Shown here one piece after another: positions 1-12,334 of a stretch of 64,000 bases of DNA. Positions within the stretch are counted from its first letter, which is position 1. Each line of letters starts with the position of its first letter. Below the pieces are notes generated by a model, which was not told where the DNA came from, did not search any database, and was given only the letters and a program-made list of their open reading frames with translations. This stretch comes from Candidatus Latescibacterota bacterium (GTDB lineage: Bacteria; Latescibacterota; UBA2968), in assembly GCA_965198115.1 (NCBI GenBank), contig OZ240241.1, forward strand, positions 3,296,001-3,360,000. Reading direction: 5' to 3'. The position numbers and the translations under genes are program-made.

Positions 1-223
1 CTGTATGCCCTTCTGGCTGCACGTTCCCGTCAAAAGGACTGACACGCCCGTGATGGCTCGGGTGGCAACAGAGGCATGACGAAGCTGAATTTATGTATCG
101 AGCGCCCGGGAATGGCCAACTGCAGGCAGATTCTCCCCGTCCGATATAGAGAATGGGAGTGGAGCCTGATCATTTTCGATGTAAGCCGTAGAACTTTGCA
201 CCGGCATCGGAGGAGTCCCTGAA

Positions 224-1671
224 ATGAAGATTCTCGTCCTCAACCCCGCCAGTACCGCGACAAAGAACGTCATCCGTGACGTGCTCTACGGGTGCTGGTG
301 CAAGGGCAAGCGCATGGCGGAGCGACCGTCCCCCCGTTCGCCCTGCTCGAGATCGCGACCATCCTGCAGAACGACGAGCACGACGTCGAGTTTCTCGATG
401 CGCAGGCCGAGCAGCTCCCGTTCGAGATCGTAGAGCGCAAGGTCACCGACCGCGATGCTGTCATCGTCTCCACATCGACCATGACCTTCACCGAGGATGC
501 GAACACGCTCCTCGCCCTCAAAGCCGTGAACGAGAACCTGACGACCGTGATGTTCGGGTCGCACCCGTCCTTCATGCCGACCTATTCGCTCGCGCACGAC
601 GGCCCCGACATCATCGTCCGTCACGAGCCCGAATTCATCATCCGGGACCTGTTCCGCACCCTCCGCAAGGGCGGCGACGACTGGAAAACGACCAACGGCA
701 TCGGTTTCCGCCAGAATGGCGAGCACATCATCAACCCGGATTATCCGTTTATCGATCTCGATGAGCTTCCCTATCCCGACGTCACACTTCTGCCGCAGGG
801 TATCGACTACTACAATCCGCTAGTCCGCCGCATGCCCTACATCACCACAACGACGTCCAAGGGATGTCCCGCCAAGTGCACGTTTTGCACGACCCCCTAC
901 TTCGACGGGATGAAAGTCCGGTTCCAGAGCGCCGACTACGTGATCGGCGAAATCGAGCACTTCCTCGCGCACGGTTTCCGCGAAGTCTACTTCCGCGACG
1001 ACACATTCTTCGTGTGGAAAAAACGAGATATCAAACTCTGCGAGGAGATCGTCAACCGGGGTCTCGACGTCACGTGGATCGCCAACGCCCGCGTCAGCAT
1101 GATCGACAAGGAGATGATGCAACGGGCGAAGGATGCCGGATGCCACACGATCAAGTTCGGCATCGAGTCTGGCGTTCAGGAGATTTTAGACCGAATGCGT
1201 AAGGGCTACACGATCGACCAGGCCTACGAGGTCTTCGAGTGGGTCCACGACGTCGGCATCCACGCCCACGCGCACGTCATGCTCGGCAATCCGGGCGACT
1301 CGCACGAGACGATCGAGCGCACCATCGCGTTTGTGAAGGAGCTCAACCCCGGCACGGCCACCTTCGGGCTCTGCACACCCTACCCCGGCACGCCCTTGTT
1401 CGATGAGGTAGCAGAGATGCATCCCGAGATCAAGGACGGGACGCAGAGCGACCTGTCAAAGCTGCACACCGAGGGCCTCTTCAACGAGCACTACACCTCA
1501 CTCAAGAAGGACGAGCTCGAAGAATACGTCCAGAAGGCCTACCGGGAATTCTACTTGCGCCCCGGCTACGTCGTCGAAACCGCCGTAAATCAGCTCCGCG
1601 GTATCGATGACATCAAGCGATTGAGCATCGCGGCGTCGAACGTCGTCGACTTTGCGTTGCGAGGAGAATGA
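224..1671 (+). CDS. B12-binding radical SAM protein (class B methylase-like), one frameshift near 312
   Basis: GGAGG RBS before ATG 224 (MKILVLNP...). Frame switches at GKR|GGATVPP. Motifs TSKGCPAKCTFC (CxxxCxxC), FRDDTF, FGIESG, TPYPGT. Confidence 0.85.
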
Positions 1672-2621
1672 GCATGTCTCGCCCCTGGTCTCTGAGCGTC
1701 ATCATTCCCGCACTCAACGAAGCCGATACGATCGGTGGGATCGTGCGTGAGATCCGCAGGCTCGACGAAGCCGACGAGATTCTCGTCATCGACGACGGCT
1801 CTACTGACGGCACTGCCGACATCGCCGAACGGGCTGGCGCGTCTGTCATACGCCATCCCTACAACATCGGAAACGGCGCCGCCGTCAAAACCGGCATCCG
1901 CGAAGCTACGGGCGACGTCCTTCTGTTCATGGACGGCGACGGCCAGCACGACCCCACCGACATTCCTCGCCTGCTCGACAGGATGAACGACTACGACATG
2001 GTCGTGGGCGCTCGCACGAAGGATGCCAAGGTGTCGGCGTTCCGCTCTCTCGGAAACTGGGGTCTCATCAAGGTCGCCGAATACCTGTCGGGTCACAGCA
2101 TCCCTGACTTGACCTCTGGTTTCCGCGCCTTCCATCGCAACAAGATCCTGCGATTCGTGCACCTGCTGCCCAACCGCTACAGCTACCCGACGACCAGCAT
2201 CATGGCCTTCCTGCACGCGGGCCACACGATTCACTTCGAGCCGCTCAGCTCGATCCGCAAGAGACAGGCGGGGCAAAGCAACATCCGGCCGTTCAAAGAC
2301 GGCTTCCGGTTCATCAACATCATCCTGCGCATCATCATGATGTTCGCGCCACAGAAGATCTTCATGCCTGCGAGCTCGGCTCTCTTGATCACGGGTGGCG
2401 GGCTGCTCAGCTACAACCTGTTCTACCAGCACAACATCCACGACGCCTCCATCATCGTCATCACAGTTGGCACATTCACCTTTTTCTTCGGTCTCCTTGC
2501 CGACCAGATCGCCCACATCCGACGTGAGCTTGGACGTTTCACGCTCATGGATCTGGCCGCTCACCACAGCCATACAAGCGAACCATCCAGTCCAGAAGAC
2601 ATTCGGTCGATCGTCTCGTAG
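1668..2621 (+). CDS. Glycosyltransferase family 2 (DPM-synthase-like) with two C-terminal TM helices
   Basis: SVIIPALNE, IDDGSTDGT, FMDGDGQH, DLTSGFRA motifs; ATGA overlap with upstream gene. Confidence 0.9.
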   Translation: MSMSRPWSLSVIIPALNEADTIGGIVREIRRLDEADEILVIDDGSTDGTADIAERAGASVIRHPYNIGNGAAVKTGIREATGDVLLFMDGDGQHDPTDIPRLLDRMNDYDMVVGARTKDAKVSAFRSLGNWGLIKVAEYLSGHSIPDLTSGFRAFHRNKILRFVHLLPNRYSYPTTSIMAFLHAGHTIHFEPLSSIRKRQAGQSNIRPFKDGFRFINIILRIIMMFAPQKIFMPASSALLITGGGLLSYNLFYQHNIHDASIIVITVGTFTFFFGLLADQIAHIRRELGRFTLMDLAAHHSHTSEPSSPEDIRSIVS

Positions 2622-2658
2622 CGCGCGATACGATCGACCCGCTCGACAAGGGCAGCAC

Positions 2659-4432
2659 ATGAACCTCCTCGGTCTCTCCATCTGTCACGACGCTCACGTT
2701 GCGGTCGTTCGCGACGGAAAGCTCGTGGCGGCGATCGGCGAAGAACGGCTCAACCGCGTCAAGATGTACTATGGGTTTCCCTTCCTCGCGATCGAGGAGG
2801 CGCTCAGAATCTCGGGGTTGACCGGCAACGAGGTCGATGCCGTCTGCATCGGGTCCACCTCGACGAAGTATGTCCCAAAGTGGTTGATGGACCTCTACCT
2901 GGACCCGGACCACCTGCACTTCGACGGAAGCAACCATTACACGGTCCCCGAAAGACTTCGCTACCTCCAGGGCTTCCTTGGGGCAAGGTTCGCTCCCGAA
3001 CCCACGACCAACGAGGCCAGGCTCAGAAACGTCCTCGCTGACTACGGTATCGACGCACCGATGTTCTTCTACGATCACCATCACGCCCACTGCGCATCCT
3101 CTTACTTCACGTCCGATGCGGAGAAGGCCCTTTCCCTCTCGATCGACGGCGGTGGTGATGGTCGATACGCTACAGCATGCATACGAAAACGGAATCGGCA
3201 GATGCCTGTCGTCATCTCCGGGTGAAGGTCGACGCCCGGAGTATTCGCCCGCCGACGTCTACTCCTTCGTGACGAAACACCTCGGCTTCAAACGCGTTCA
3301 GCACGAAGGGAAGGTGACTGGATTGGCCGCACACGGCGACCCAGATCGGCTCTACGCACACTTCGAAAAGCTGACCTACCTCGAAACGGAGTCACGAACG
3401 TTCAGGTCCGCGATTCCCTACGACCGTTTTAGAACGAAATTCGCGAGAACCATCGCACTCGGAACGCCCTACGACACGGGCCTGTTGGAATATTTCCGCC
3501 GCGAGTTCGACGGCGAGTCAAGAGAAGACATCGCCGCCGCACTGCAAAAGCGGTGCGAAGACCTCGCAAGGGACTACGTCACCCTTCATCTGGAGGCGTC
3601 GCCATCCAGAAAGATCCTTCTCTCCGGGGGCCTCTTTGCCAACGTCCAGATCAACCAGATTGTCTCCGAGATCGATGGTGTGGACGAGATTTACGTGCAT
3701 CCCTGCATGGGCGACGGAGGCCTCGCAGCTGGCGCCTGTTTCCTCCACTACGAGCGATCGCAACGCAAGCTGGGGCGTGTCTGGGTCGGGGACCGAATCG
3801 ACGACGTCTATCTGGGCCCGGACTACAGTGAGACCCAGGTCGAGCGCGCCCTCGCGGCAAGCGGGCTTCGATATTTCAAGAGTAAGAGTCCGAGCGGTGA
3901 TATGGCGACCCTGTTCTCTAAACGAAGAGTCGTGGGCCATTTCTCGGGCAGAATGGAATACGGGCCGAGGGCCCTCGGGAATCGGTCGCTGCTCTACGCG
4001 CCCGACGACCCGGCCGTGAACGCCCAGCTCAACCACCGTCTCCACCGAACGGAGTTCATGCCTTTCGCCCCAATGTGCCTCGCCGAGTGTGCGCCTGACC
4101 TCTTCGAGGCATTCCACGCGGGTCGAACCGCAGCTCAGTTCATGACGACGACGTTCGAGATTCGACCGGAATGGCGTCATCGGCTAGCCGGTGTCTGTCA
4201 CATCGATCAGACAGCACGTCCTCAAACCATCCGGGCCGATCAGAACCCACGCGTGCACGGTATCCTCGAGGCCTACCGCCGAATCACCGGGACGCCCGCC
4301 CTCATCAACACATCGTTCAACATTCACGGCGAACCCATCGTCTGCACGCCCGAGGATGCGATTCGGTCGTTCAAAGCCGACGCGTGCGACGTGCTCGTGC
4401 TAAATGATTTCATCTGCGAGAAGCCGTCTTGA
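2659..4432 (+). CDS. Carbamoyltransferase (CmcH/NodU family), frameshift near 3180
   Basis: HDAHVA, EERLNRVK, DHHHAH, IDGGGD in frame 1. EGKVTGLAAHG, GGLFANV, GRMEYGPRALGNRS, NTSFNIHGEPIV in frame 2. Confidence 0.9.
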
Positions 4433-5676
4433 GCGAGGCCCTCCCCGCCCGACCACCCGAGACCGTCCCGGGTCAACGGCCTCGACCCCATCTCCTGTGT
4501 CTCCCTGCGGACTCCGTGGACGCGCTCGAAACGCTGGGGGTTGCCTCCTTCATCTGGCGTCACTACGCGCCCAGAGCCTACTTCTCGAAGATTATATTCG
4601 CCCTTCTCGGGGACCACGCATCGGAGCGCGGCCTCGACCCCAGCACGTCGATCCTCGTTTTCCGACGTCGATGGGGAGCGGGTCGGTTCTCACGCGCGTT
4701 CTTCTACGCCATACGTGTTCCGCTCTTCACGGCCTACCTCGTTCAGCTCATCCGTCGCGAACAGATCGACGTGGTTCGCGCGCGATCGGCCGGATACAAC
4801 GCCCTGGCCGGCCTCCTCGCCGCGAAACTGACGGGCACCCGCTGCGCCGTCTCCCTGCACGCACCCTACGCTGTCGATCGCGAATACTGGCCACGCGGTT
4901 TTCGCCGCTGGGAAGAGGCCTGCATCGAGCGGATCGTGCTGACTCTCGCGGATCGTGTCTACTGCGTCGGCAATGCGTTGCGGAACTATGCGATCTCCGC
5001 TGGAGTCCCGCCGGAACGGGCCCAGGTCCTGTTCAATCGCGTCGACATCGCCAAGTTCGCGAACGTCCACCCGAACGATGCATCACGCATCTGGTCGGAA
5101 TTCCGCGTCGCAGAAACAGATCGCATACTCATCACGGTAGGCAGGTTCGTCCCATCCAAAGACCCGTTGACCCTGTTGGAAGGGTTCAGAGACCTCTACG
5201 CCGACGACCCGGGCTACAAACTCGTCATGGTTGGCGACGGGCCACTGCGGGGTCAGGTGGACGCCTACGTGGAGAAACACGGCCTGACCCAGTCGGTGAA
5301 GTGCGTAGGAAACGTTTGCAACGATCTGCTCCCCGCTTACCTGCACGCCGCGGACGTGTTCGTCTTCCCGACTCACTTCGAAGGCTTCGGCATTGTCCTC
5401 GCAGAGGCTCAGGCCGCCGGAATCCCCATCGTGACGACACGGATTCCGGGCACATCCGACATCGTGTCCGACGACAACGCCTGGCTCGTCCCGGTAGGAG
5501 ATCCCCAGGCCCTGGCAGCGGCCGTCCGAACGGTCTTCGTGGACGCCGCAGCGGCCGCTCGCAAGACCGATTCCGGACGCAGAAACGTGGGCCGCTTCGA
5601 CGAGCGGGTGATTCTCTCGCGTGAAGAAGCCCTCTACGACGAATTGCTCGCCTCACCCACGGGGAAACGGGCGTGA
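4429..5676 (+). CDS. Glycosyltransferase family 4
   Basis: VGRFVPSK, VGDGPLR, ADVFVFPTHFEGFGIVLAEAQAAGIPIV (Ex7E). Confidence 0.92.
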   Translation: MSEALPARPPETVPGQRPRPHLLCLPADSVDALETLGVASFIWRHYAPRAYFSKIIFALLGDHASERGLDPSTSILVFRRRWGAGRFSRAFFYAIRVPLFTAYLVQLIRREQIDVVRARSAGYNALAGLLAAKLTGTRCAVSLHAPYAVDREYWPRGFRRWEEACIERIVLTLADRVYCVGNALRNYAISAGVPPERAQVLFNRVDIAKFANVHPNDASRIWSEFRVAETDRILITVGRFVPSKDPLTLLEGFRDLYADDPGYKLVMVGDGPLRGQVDAYVEKHGLTQSVKCVGNVCNDLLPAYLHAADVFVFPTHFEGFGIVLAEAQAAGIPIVTTRIPGTSDIVSDDNAWLVPVGDPQALAAAVRTVFVDAAAAARKTDSGRRNVGRFDERVILSREEALYDELLASPTGKRA

Positions 5677-6551
5677 AAGCACGGATCAAGCGCAAACTGC
5701 GAGCCCTGCTCGATCGAGGATCACGGCGACGAACGCTCGGCTGCCTGGCGACGCTCTATGGCACTCTGACGCAGCGATCGTGGATGCGAATCACCTATCG
5801 CGACAGATTCTGGCATATCCGCCGCCGCGGCGGGACCGTGGTCAGCAGAGACCCGGCCTGGTGGAAACCCGACCCGGCAGAAAGCACGCCCGTTGCGGCC
5901 GACCACTGGTTCGAAGTCTACGAGCCGCGCAAGGGTGACACCATCGTCACAATCGGGGCGGGGCGCGGAGAGGAGATTCTGTGTTTTGCCGATGCGGTAG
6001 GGACGTCGGGACGGGTGATCGCAGTTGAGGCACATCCGGAAAGCTATGCGCATCTCGAACGGTTCTGCGAAGTCAATGGATTGGACCACGTCACACCTGT
6101 CCACGCGGCCGTCCTCGATCGGGAGGCGGTGGTTCGCATCACGGACGACGCCCACGTCGCGAACACGATCCTATCCGAAGCTGGCAGCATAGACGTGCCC
6201 GGAATGACACTCGATACCCTCCTACATCGCCTGGGCGTCGACCACGTCGATTTCGTGAAAATGAACATCGAAGGTGCTGAACGATGGGGCATCCTGGGAA
6301 TGGAGGACGCGCTAGCCAGCCACCCGGTCCTGTGTATCGCCTGTCACGACTTCATCGCCGAACGCGATGGAGCGGCATCCATGCGAACAAAGTCGTTCGT
6401 CATACGATTCGTCGAGGACAGGGGCTACGAAGTGATTTCACGAGACGACGACCCGAGGCTCTACGTCCGAGACCAGGTCAACGCGCGTTACCCGAATCGC
6501 CAACTGGTCGACGCCAATGCCCCCTTAATTGGTGAATCGGTGGCACTGTAG
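5673..6551 (+). CDS. FkbM-family methyltransferase
   Basis: IGAGRG, VIAVEAHP, TLDTL, VDFVKMNIEGAE. Confidence 0.85.
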   Translation: MKARIKRKLRALLDRGSRRRTLGCLATLYGTLTQRSWMRITYRDRFWHIRRRGGTVVSRDPAWWKPDPAESTPVAADHWFEVYEPRKGDTIVTIGAGRGEEILCFADAVGTSGRVIAVEAHPESYAHLERFCEVNGLDHVTPVHAAVLDREAVVRITDDAHVANTILSEAGSIDVPGMTLDTLLHRLGVDHVDFVKMNIEGAERWGILGMEDALASHPVLCIACHDFIAERDGAASMRTKSFVIRFVEDRGYEVISRDDDPRLYVRDQVNARYPNRQLVDANAPLIGESVAL

Positions 6552-6663
6552 TGTCGCGGGCTGGGAAAGCCTTTCCGCAATCCCCGGCGTCAGTGGCCCG
6601 CGCTTCATCTCAATTTCATCGTAACATACTGTTTATAAATTTCTTATACAACATAAAGACCCG

Positions 6664-6678
6664 TGGCATATTCTTTGC
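6664..6678 (+). promoter_or_regulatory. sigma54 (-24/-12) promoter
   Basis: TGGCATATTCTTTGC has exact GG-N10-GC spacing, an AT-rich tract upstream, and lies about 110 bp before ATG 6787. Confidence 0.65.
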
Positions 6679-6786
6679 CAAAGGGTTAATGGGGTCGGGA
6701 TTCCTGCCGATAAATAGAACGATGGTGTCCGGCCCTATGATGATGGCCCATTCTGTACACGAAGCACACTGAAAGAGGAGTTCCCA

Positions 6787-9700
6787 ATGGCTCGGAAAGT
6801 CCTGCTCATCGACCCGGGACAGAAGTTCGCCGAGAACGGTTCTCGGCATTCCGTTCGGCAGACCCCGCACATCGGTCTCTGCTATCTCGCGACGGTCCTG
6901 CGGGACATAGCTGACGTCAAGGTGCTCGACATGCCATTGCTGCGTCTCGGCGAGGAGGATCTCCTCGAGGAATACGCGAAGCTCGATTCTGGCGACATCG
7001 TGGGTATCACAGCAGCTACCTTCAACGTGCCCGAAGCACTGCGCGCTGCGGAGATGGCCAAAGCCCACAATTCTGATTTCCTGGTCGTGATGGGAGGCCC
7101 CCACGTGAACGCCTTCCCGACCGACGTGCTTGAGAGATGCGAACACGTCGATGCGGCAGTGGCTGGCGAAGGGGAGAAGATCCTCACAGAGATCGTGAAC
7201 AATTATGACCAGCCTGGCTTCAGCTGGGACATTCCGGGAGTTGCTTGGCGCAATAGCGGGGAGTTGACCTACAGACCTGTCACAAATGATTGGGTCGTCC
7301 AGGACCTGGACGAGATTCCCCTCCCAGACTGGGAGTTTCTCGAGCTGGATCGCTATTCGAAACGATATTCGTCCCACTTCGATCGCATGGAGCAGGTAGC
7401 TCCGCTCTCCACGAACCGGGGATGCCCCTACCAGTGTTCCTTCTGCGACGGCGCGAACCTGACGAACAAGCTCAAGTGGCGATCCGCTCAGAATACGATT
7501 GACGAAATCCAGAATGGTCTGGAGCGGCACAATCTCCGGCACTACTACATCACAGACTCCGTCATGTGCATCCCCAAGTGGCGGTTCCTCGAGTTCTGCG
7601 ACCTGATGATCGCAACAGGGCTGAACAAAGAGGTTTCGATGATCGGGCAGGCTCAGATCAACTCGATCGACGAAGAAATCGTCACGAAATACAGCGAAGC
7701 AGGTGGGGAGTACATCTTCTTTGGCCTGGAGAGCGGAAACGAAGAGGTGTTGAAAAAGGGCTATATCCGGATCTCTCAACGAGATGAAGTGGGTGAAGGT
7801 GCCGTGGTTCCTGGCATGGGGGCGCGGTTAGAGTGTGCGGAACCTCTTCGGAATCTGCTCAGGGATGTTTATGTCTCCGACGGTAAGGAAGATCATATCG
7901 TTGAATGCGTCGAGTGTGCGGAATCCGCTGGCTCGGTTCTTGACGATTTGGACGATTCGGTTGAGGCCTTCGGCGATGGCGTTGGTAAGACGCGTGTTCA
8001 CGAATGCGAGGACGCCGAAGAAGTGCTGTCGCAGGGTCCTGACGAACTTTCGCAGGGGTTCAAGTCGACTTCTGAGTGCGGACGTCGTCCAGCATTTCAG
8101 GAAGCGTTCGGCAGCCCAGGGCGCTTTGTATTCCCAGAACTGCTCGAACTCGTCCTTGAGTCTCCAGGCTCTATAGATTCGGTAGTTCGCCTTCTCCAGT
8201 GCTTTGAGTGTCCGAGTATCCCCTCTGGAGCGTGTCGCTGAGTGCCGGTAGAGGAGCCATCGGAGGCCCTTCATGGCTTTGCGCTCATCCGGGGCAGCTT
8301 TACGCCACTGGTCCTTACGGACCTCGTCAACGGCGGCATTGAGAGCCTTGACGATGTGAAAGCGATCGAGGACCAGCTTGGCATTCGGACAGTGTTCCTG
8401 GATGGCTCCGATGTAAGCTTCGCTCATGTCGCAGCAGGCCCACTCGATCTTGGATCTCTGGTAGGGACTGAGAGCCTCTGTGAAGAACCGATCGATCGTT
8501 TTACGCGCCCTGCCGCGGCCAACCCACACCACGCAGGAGCGGTCCAGATCGTAAACGAGCGTGGCGTACCTGTGACGCTTGGCGTAGGAGATCTCGTCGA
8601 TCCCGATGGTTTTGAGCCCTCGGATACGATGACCTTCACGAAGCCGCGTGATGGATCGGTGAAGGAGATCCGACAGCGTCGAGGCAGAGATGCGCAGCAA
8701 CTCGGACGCCGCCTTCTGCGTCATGGTCTGGCAGTAGCGCAGCATGGCATACTCGAAGCGATACGTCACCCGAGAGAACCGCTCCGCCCACGGAATCTCC
8801 TCGACCACACGACCGTGGGTAGGACACCGAATCTCCCGAGGATGGTAGAGAAGCCAGACCCTCCACCCGCACACCGGAATGTCACGCCACCGACGCGGAT
8901 GGGGCATTGTGCGGACGATTTTACCTCGACGGCCGCACTCCGGACAACAACAACCATTCTTATGTGGCTTTACGGCGATGACGAAACAGCTTCTCCCCTC
9001 AAACCACCAGCTGACAACACGGAACCCCTTGAATCTCAGCAGTTTCGATAGTAATCTGCTCCCGGTCATAGGTCGCACCCCCTTCGCTTTGATTGTCCTA
9101 CACACACAACCAAGCGTAGGGAACGATCTATGACCTTGTCATTCTATAGTTTCACCGTTGAGAAACCCGGATAGAGCCTGAAAAAAAGAACGGCAAACGC
9201 ATCAGCAAGGACCGGGTACGAAGAATCGTCGACGCTGCACACTTTGGCGGTCTGCATCCCCGTGGTTCGTTCATCTTTGGGCTCCCATTCGACACCCAGG
9301 CAAGCGTCGAGGAAACGATCGAGTTCTCGCACGAACTAAAGTTGCATTCGGCCAATTTCTTCATCCTCGACTTCTATCCTGGAACGAGAGCAAAGGACTA
9401 CCTGCTGAACGGAGAAGGCGGTCTCACCATGCTAGATGGTGGCATAGATTGGTCGGTCTACACGCCTAGTAGGGACAAAGCCGCTGTCCGCGTCAATGAC
9501 CTGACGCCCGACCTCCTTCGGGATTACCTGGCTCAAGCAAAGTCCCTTCCCATGCCCTACGAAGACAAGGATCTCACCTTTCGCCAGAAACTGACCGAGT
9601 TCATCTACTTCGTAGAGAACGGTTTCATGGCGGTTTCGGAATCTGGAGATTGGTACGATTCCATAGAAAGTATGAAGACCCACGTATCCGCGGAAACGCT

Positions 9701-9869
9701 CACAGCGTGCGCACCCCGGCTGGAGCGGGTGAGTGAATTGACGGGAAATCAGCTCCGCGTGGCTTGTGTAAGGGTTCATGACGCCCAGACGTCTTCGGAA
9801 ACCCCATCGCGAGAGCCCAGCCGGCCCTGCCTGGCCTGGGCTCTCAGCTTTTTGTGGGACGACTCATAG
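6787..9869 (+). pseudogene. Second B12-binding radical SAM protein, split by ISL3 (6787-7758 and 9179-9869)
   Basis: PHIGLCYLA, VMGGPH, GEGE, TNRGCPYQCSFC, FGLESG. Removing the IS restores VLKKNGKRIS...GSFIFGLPFDT...FYPGT. Confidence 0.9.
7759..9178 (-). mobile_element. ISL3-family IS, copy 1 (1420 bp; transposase 7828-9105)
   Basis: Ends GGCTATATCCGG / CCGGATAGAGCC. Motifs CPECG, IGIDE, CCDMS, DRFHIV, TNAIAEGLN. TSD TGAAAAAG, with two extra A in the right copy. Confidence 0.95.
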
Positions 9870-10019
9870 TAGCTCCAACCTCATCCAGCAGTTCCGCCTC
9901 CCGAAGACGACCCCCTCGGAAAATTATTCCTCGATGCAGGACTCCCCGATAGGATTTCCATCACTATAACCTTCTATAAGATATTATTTAATAACAGTTT
10001 AGTTCGGAATACCTGAGCA

Positions 10020-10035
10020 GGGCACAATGCTTGCT
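10020..10035 (+). promoter_or_regulatory. sigma54 (-24/-12) promoter upstream of sqdB
   Basis: GGGCACAATGCTTGCT with GG-N10-GC spacing, preceded by an AT-rich tract at about 9975-10000. Confidence 0.7.
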
Positions 10036-10233
10036 AAAGAATTCACTGCGGCAATTTCAGATACGGTCGATAAACGGAAAGAAGGACCACCCCAGAAACA
10101 CCTCCACCCGCCATCCCACCCTGATATCCGGCCTCTGTCCAAAATGCACTCGCGGTCAGCGGCTTGATTCGAGTTTGAGTCATTCACGCGTCACCAAGAC
10201 GCCAAGAGCAGCATTTAAAGGGAGAACGTTCCG

Positions 10234-11470
10234 ATGCGAGTACTGATTACAGGCGTTGACGGCTATCTCGGCTGGAGTCTGGCCGTCCATCTGGCCAACG
10301 CAGGTCATACGATCGGTGGAATCGACACAGGGATGCGCAGGGAGTGGGTCGCGGAAATGGGCTCACAGAGTGCGACACCCATCGGCTCGATGAAGGAACG
10401 CTCTGCGGCCTTCCGTGAGCACTTTGGCGAAGATCTGGTCTACGTAGATGGCGATCTCCGGAACTACGACACGACGTGTGACCTGCTCGCCTCCTTCCGG
10501 CCCGACACGATCGTCCACCTTGGTGAGATGCCATCGGCACCCTACAGCATGGTCGACGTCCATCACGCGGTCTTCACGCAGACGAACAACATCGTCGGCA
10601 CACTCAATCTCCTTTACGCGATGAAGGACCACACACCCGAGGCCCATCTCCTTAAGCTTGGCACGATGGGCGAATACGGCACACCCAAGCTCGATATTCC
10701 CGAGGGCTTCTTCGAGGTCGAGTACCGGGGGAAAAAGGACGTTCTCCCCTTCCCCAGGCAGGCGGGCAGTTGGTATCACCAAAGCAAGGTACACGACACG
10801 AACAACATCATGATGGCTTGTAAGTTCTGGGGCCTCCGGTCCACGGACATTATGCAGGGTGTCGTGTATGGGACACGCATCGCCGCTATGAATGACGACG
10901 AGCAGATGCTGACCGATACGATTTCGATCAGTCTTTCGGCACCGCCATCAACCGATTCTGTGCCCAGTCGGTGGTCGACGCGCCGATGACACTTTACGGC
11001 AAGGGAAAGCAGAAGAGGGGCTTCCTCCCCCTCTGCGACTCGATGCAGTGCCTGACCCTGGCTACTGAGAATCCTCCCGAGCCTGGTGAATACCGGGTCT
11101 TCAATCAGTTCGAGGAAGTCTATGACATCACGGGGCTCGCGACGACGGTACGTGAGGTCGCCAATGAGTTCGGCATCGAAACGAAGATCAACCAGTTCGA
11201 GAACCCGAGAAAAGAGCTCGAAGAGCACGATTACAACCCGGATCATCAGAAGCTGTTCGACCTCGGATACAAACCGACGCGTGACATGAGGTCCGAGCTG
11301 CGTACGGTGTTCCAGGATCTCTTGCGGTATCGGGATCGCATCGAAGAGGTCAGGGACTCGGTCTTCCCGGATATCCGCTGGGATGGCACGAGGCGGCGTT
11401 CGAAGATCATCGGTGAGGTCAACGGCGTGCATCGCCCCCCCACTTCGAACGGAACCGGCCACGGCAAGAG
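10234..11470 (+). CDS. sqdB: UDP-sulfoquinovose synthase, frameshift near 10915; 3' end uncertain
   Basis: GVDGYLGW, HLGEMPSAPYSM, HLLKLGTMGEYGTP, AGSWYHQSKVHD, QGVVYG. Second frame gives YGKGKQKRGFL, YRVFNQF, NPRKELEEHDY. Confidence 0.9.
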
Positions 11471-11529
11471 CACGGACGAGCTGGAAATCGGGATTCCTGC
11501 CAACCGGATCGCGAAGGGTGCGCCCCGGA

Positions 11530-12334
11530 ATGGCTGGGCAGACGAGGCGTCTACGCTGGCATCACGGGCGGCGGCCTCGGGAATCACGTCCCCGGCTACT
11601 CGTCCTACAACGTGCGCATCAGGACGGAGATCCTCGAGGACTTCCTCAAAGAGCTGCCCAAGGATGCGTCGATTCTCGACGTCGGATGCAGCAACGCCCC
11701 CCTCTACCCTTTCATCCGGGAGTGGGGATTCAACGGCAAATACATAGGCGCCGACCTACTCGTCAGGCAGCTAAAGCAGGCCAAAGAAAGAGGGGCCTCA
11801 CCCGTCAACGTGAACGCCATCAATCTGCCGTTCCCGAGCCAGAGCTTCGACCTGGTCATCTGCACGGAGATGTTCGTTCATCTGCTCGACCGGGACGTTC
11901 AGCGCGACGTGCTTCGCGAGATCGACCGGGTCCTCAAGCCGGGTGGGACCATCACCCTCAGCCTCACGAACGCTCATGCTTTGACCGTTCGCCGCCACTT
12001 GGAGAAGGCCGTCGGCCGGATCTACGAGACGCAGCCCTACTGCACTTATTTCTCGTGGGACGACATCGAGAACTTGCTTTCCGACGCGTCTGACGGTCTG
12101 AAGGTCGAGCGATACCGCGCGGTCAAGTACTACGATATGGTCCCCTCGTGGTTCGGAAAACTGCGAGGAATCTTCAAACATCCTGCGGTGATGTACGCTG
12201 CAGATCGACTGTTCGGAATCCTGCCAGTTACGAACCGGTTCGGGGGCATCATCCAGCTCCTAATTCGGAAGAACGAAGCCTCTACCGTCAAACGGGTCGA
12301 GGCGAACGACCGGGAACTGGTCTATGCGAAGTAG
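11530..12334 (+). CDS. Class I SAM-dependent methyltransferase; start unresolved
   Basis: ILDVGCS, LPFPSQSFDLV, EIDRVLKPGG. The frame is open upstream of GTG 11612. Confidence 0.8.

Noticed and set aside
6548-6603. TAGTGTCGCGGG resembling the IS630 end, with a hairpin
   Set aside because: Short partial match with no partner end; more simply a stem-loop after the FkbM stop.
8242-9051. 269-aa and other ORFs antisense to ISL3, IS256 and nrdJ (for example 43226-45118)
   Set aside because: Shadow ORFs typical of high-GC coding DNA; repeated only because the IS is repeated.
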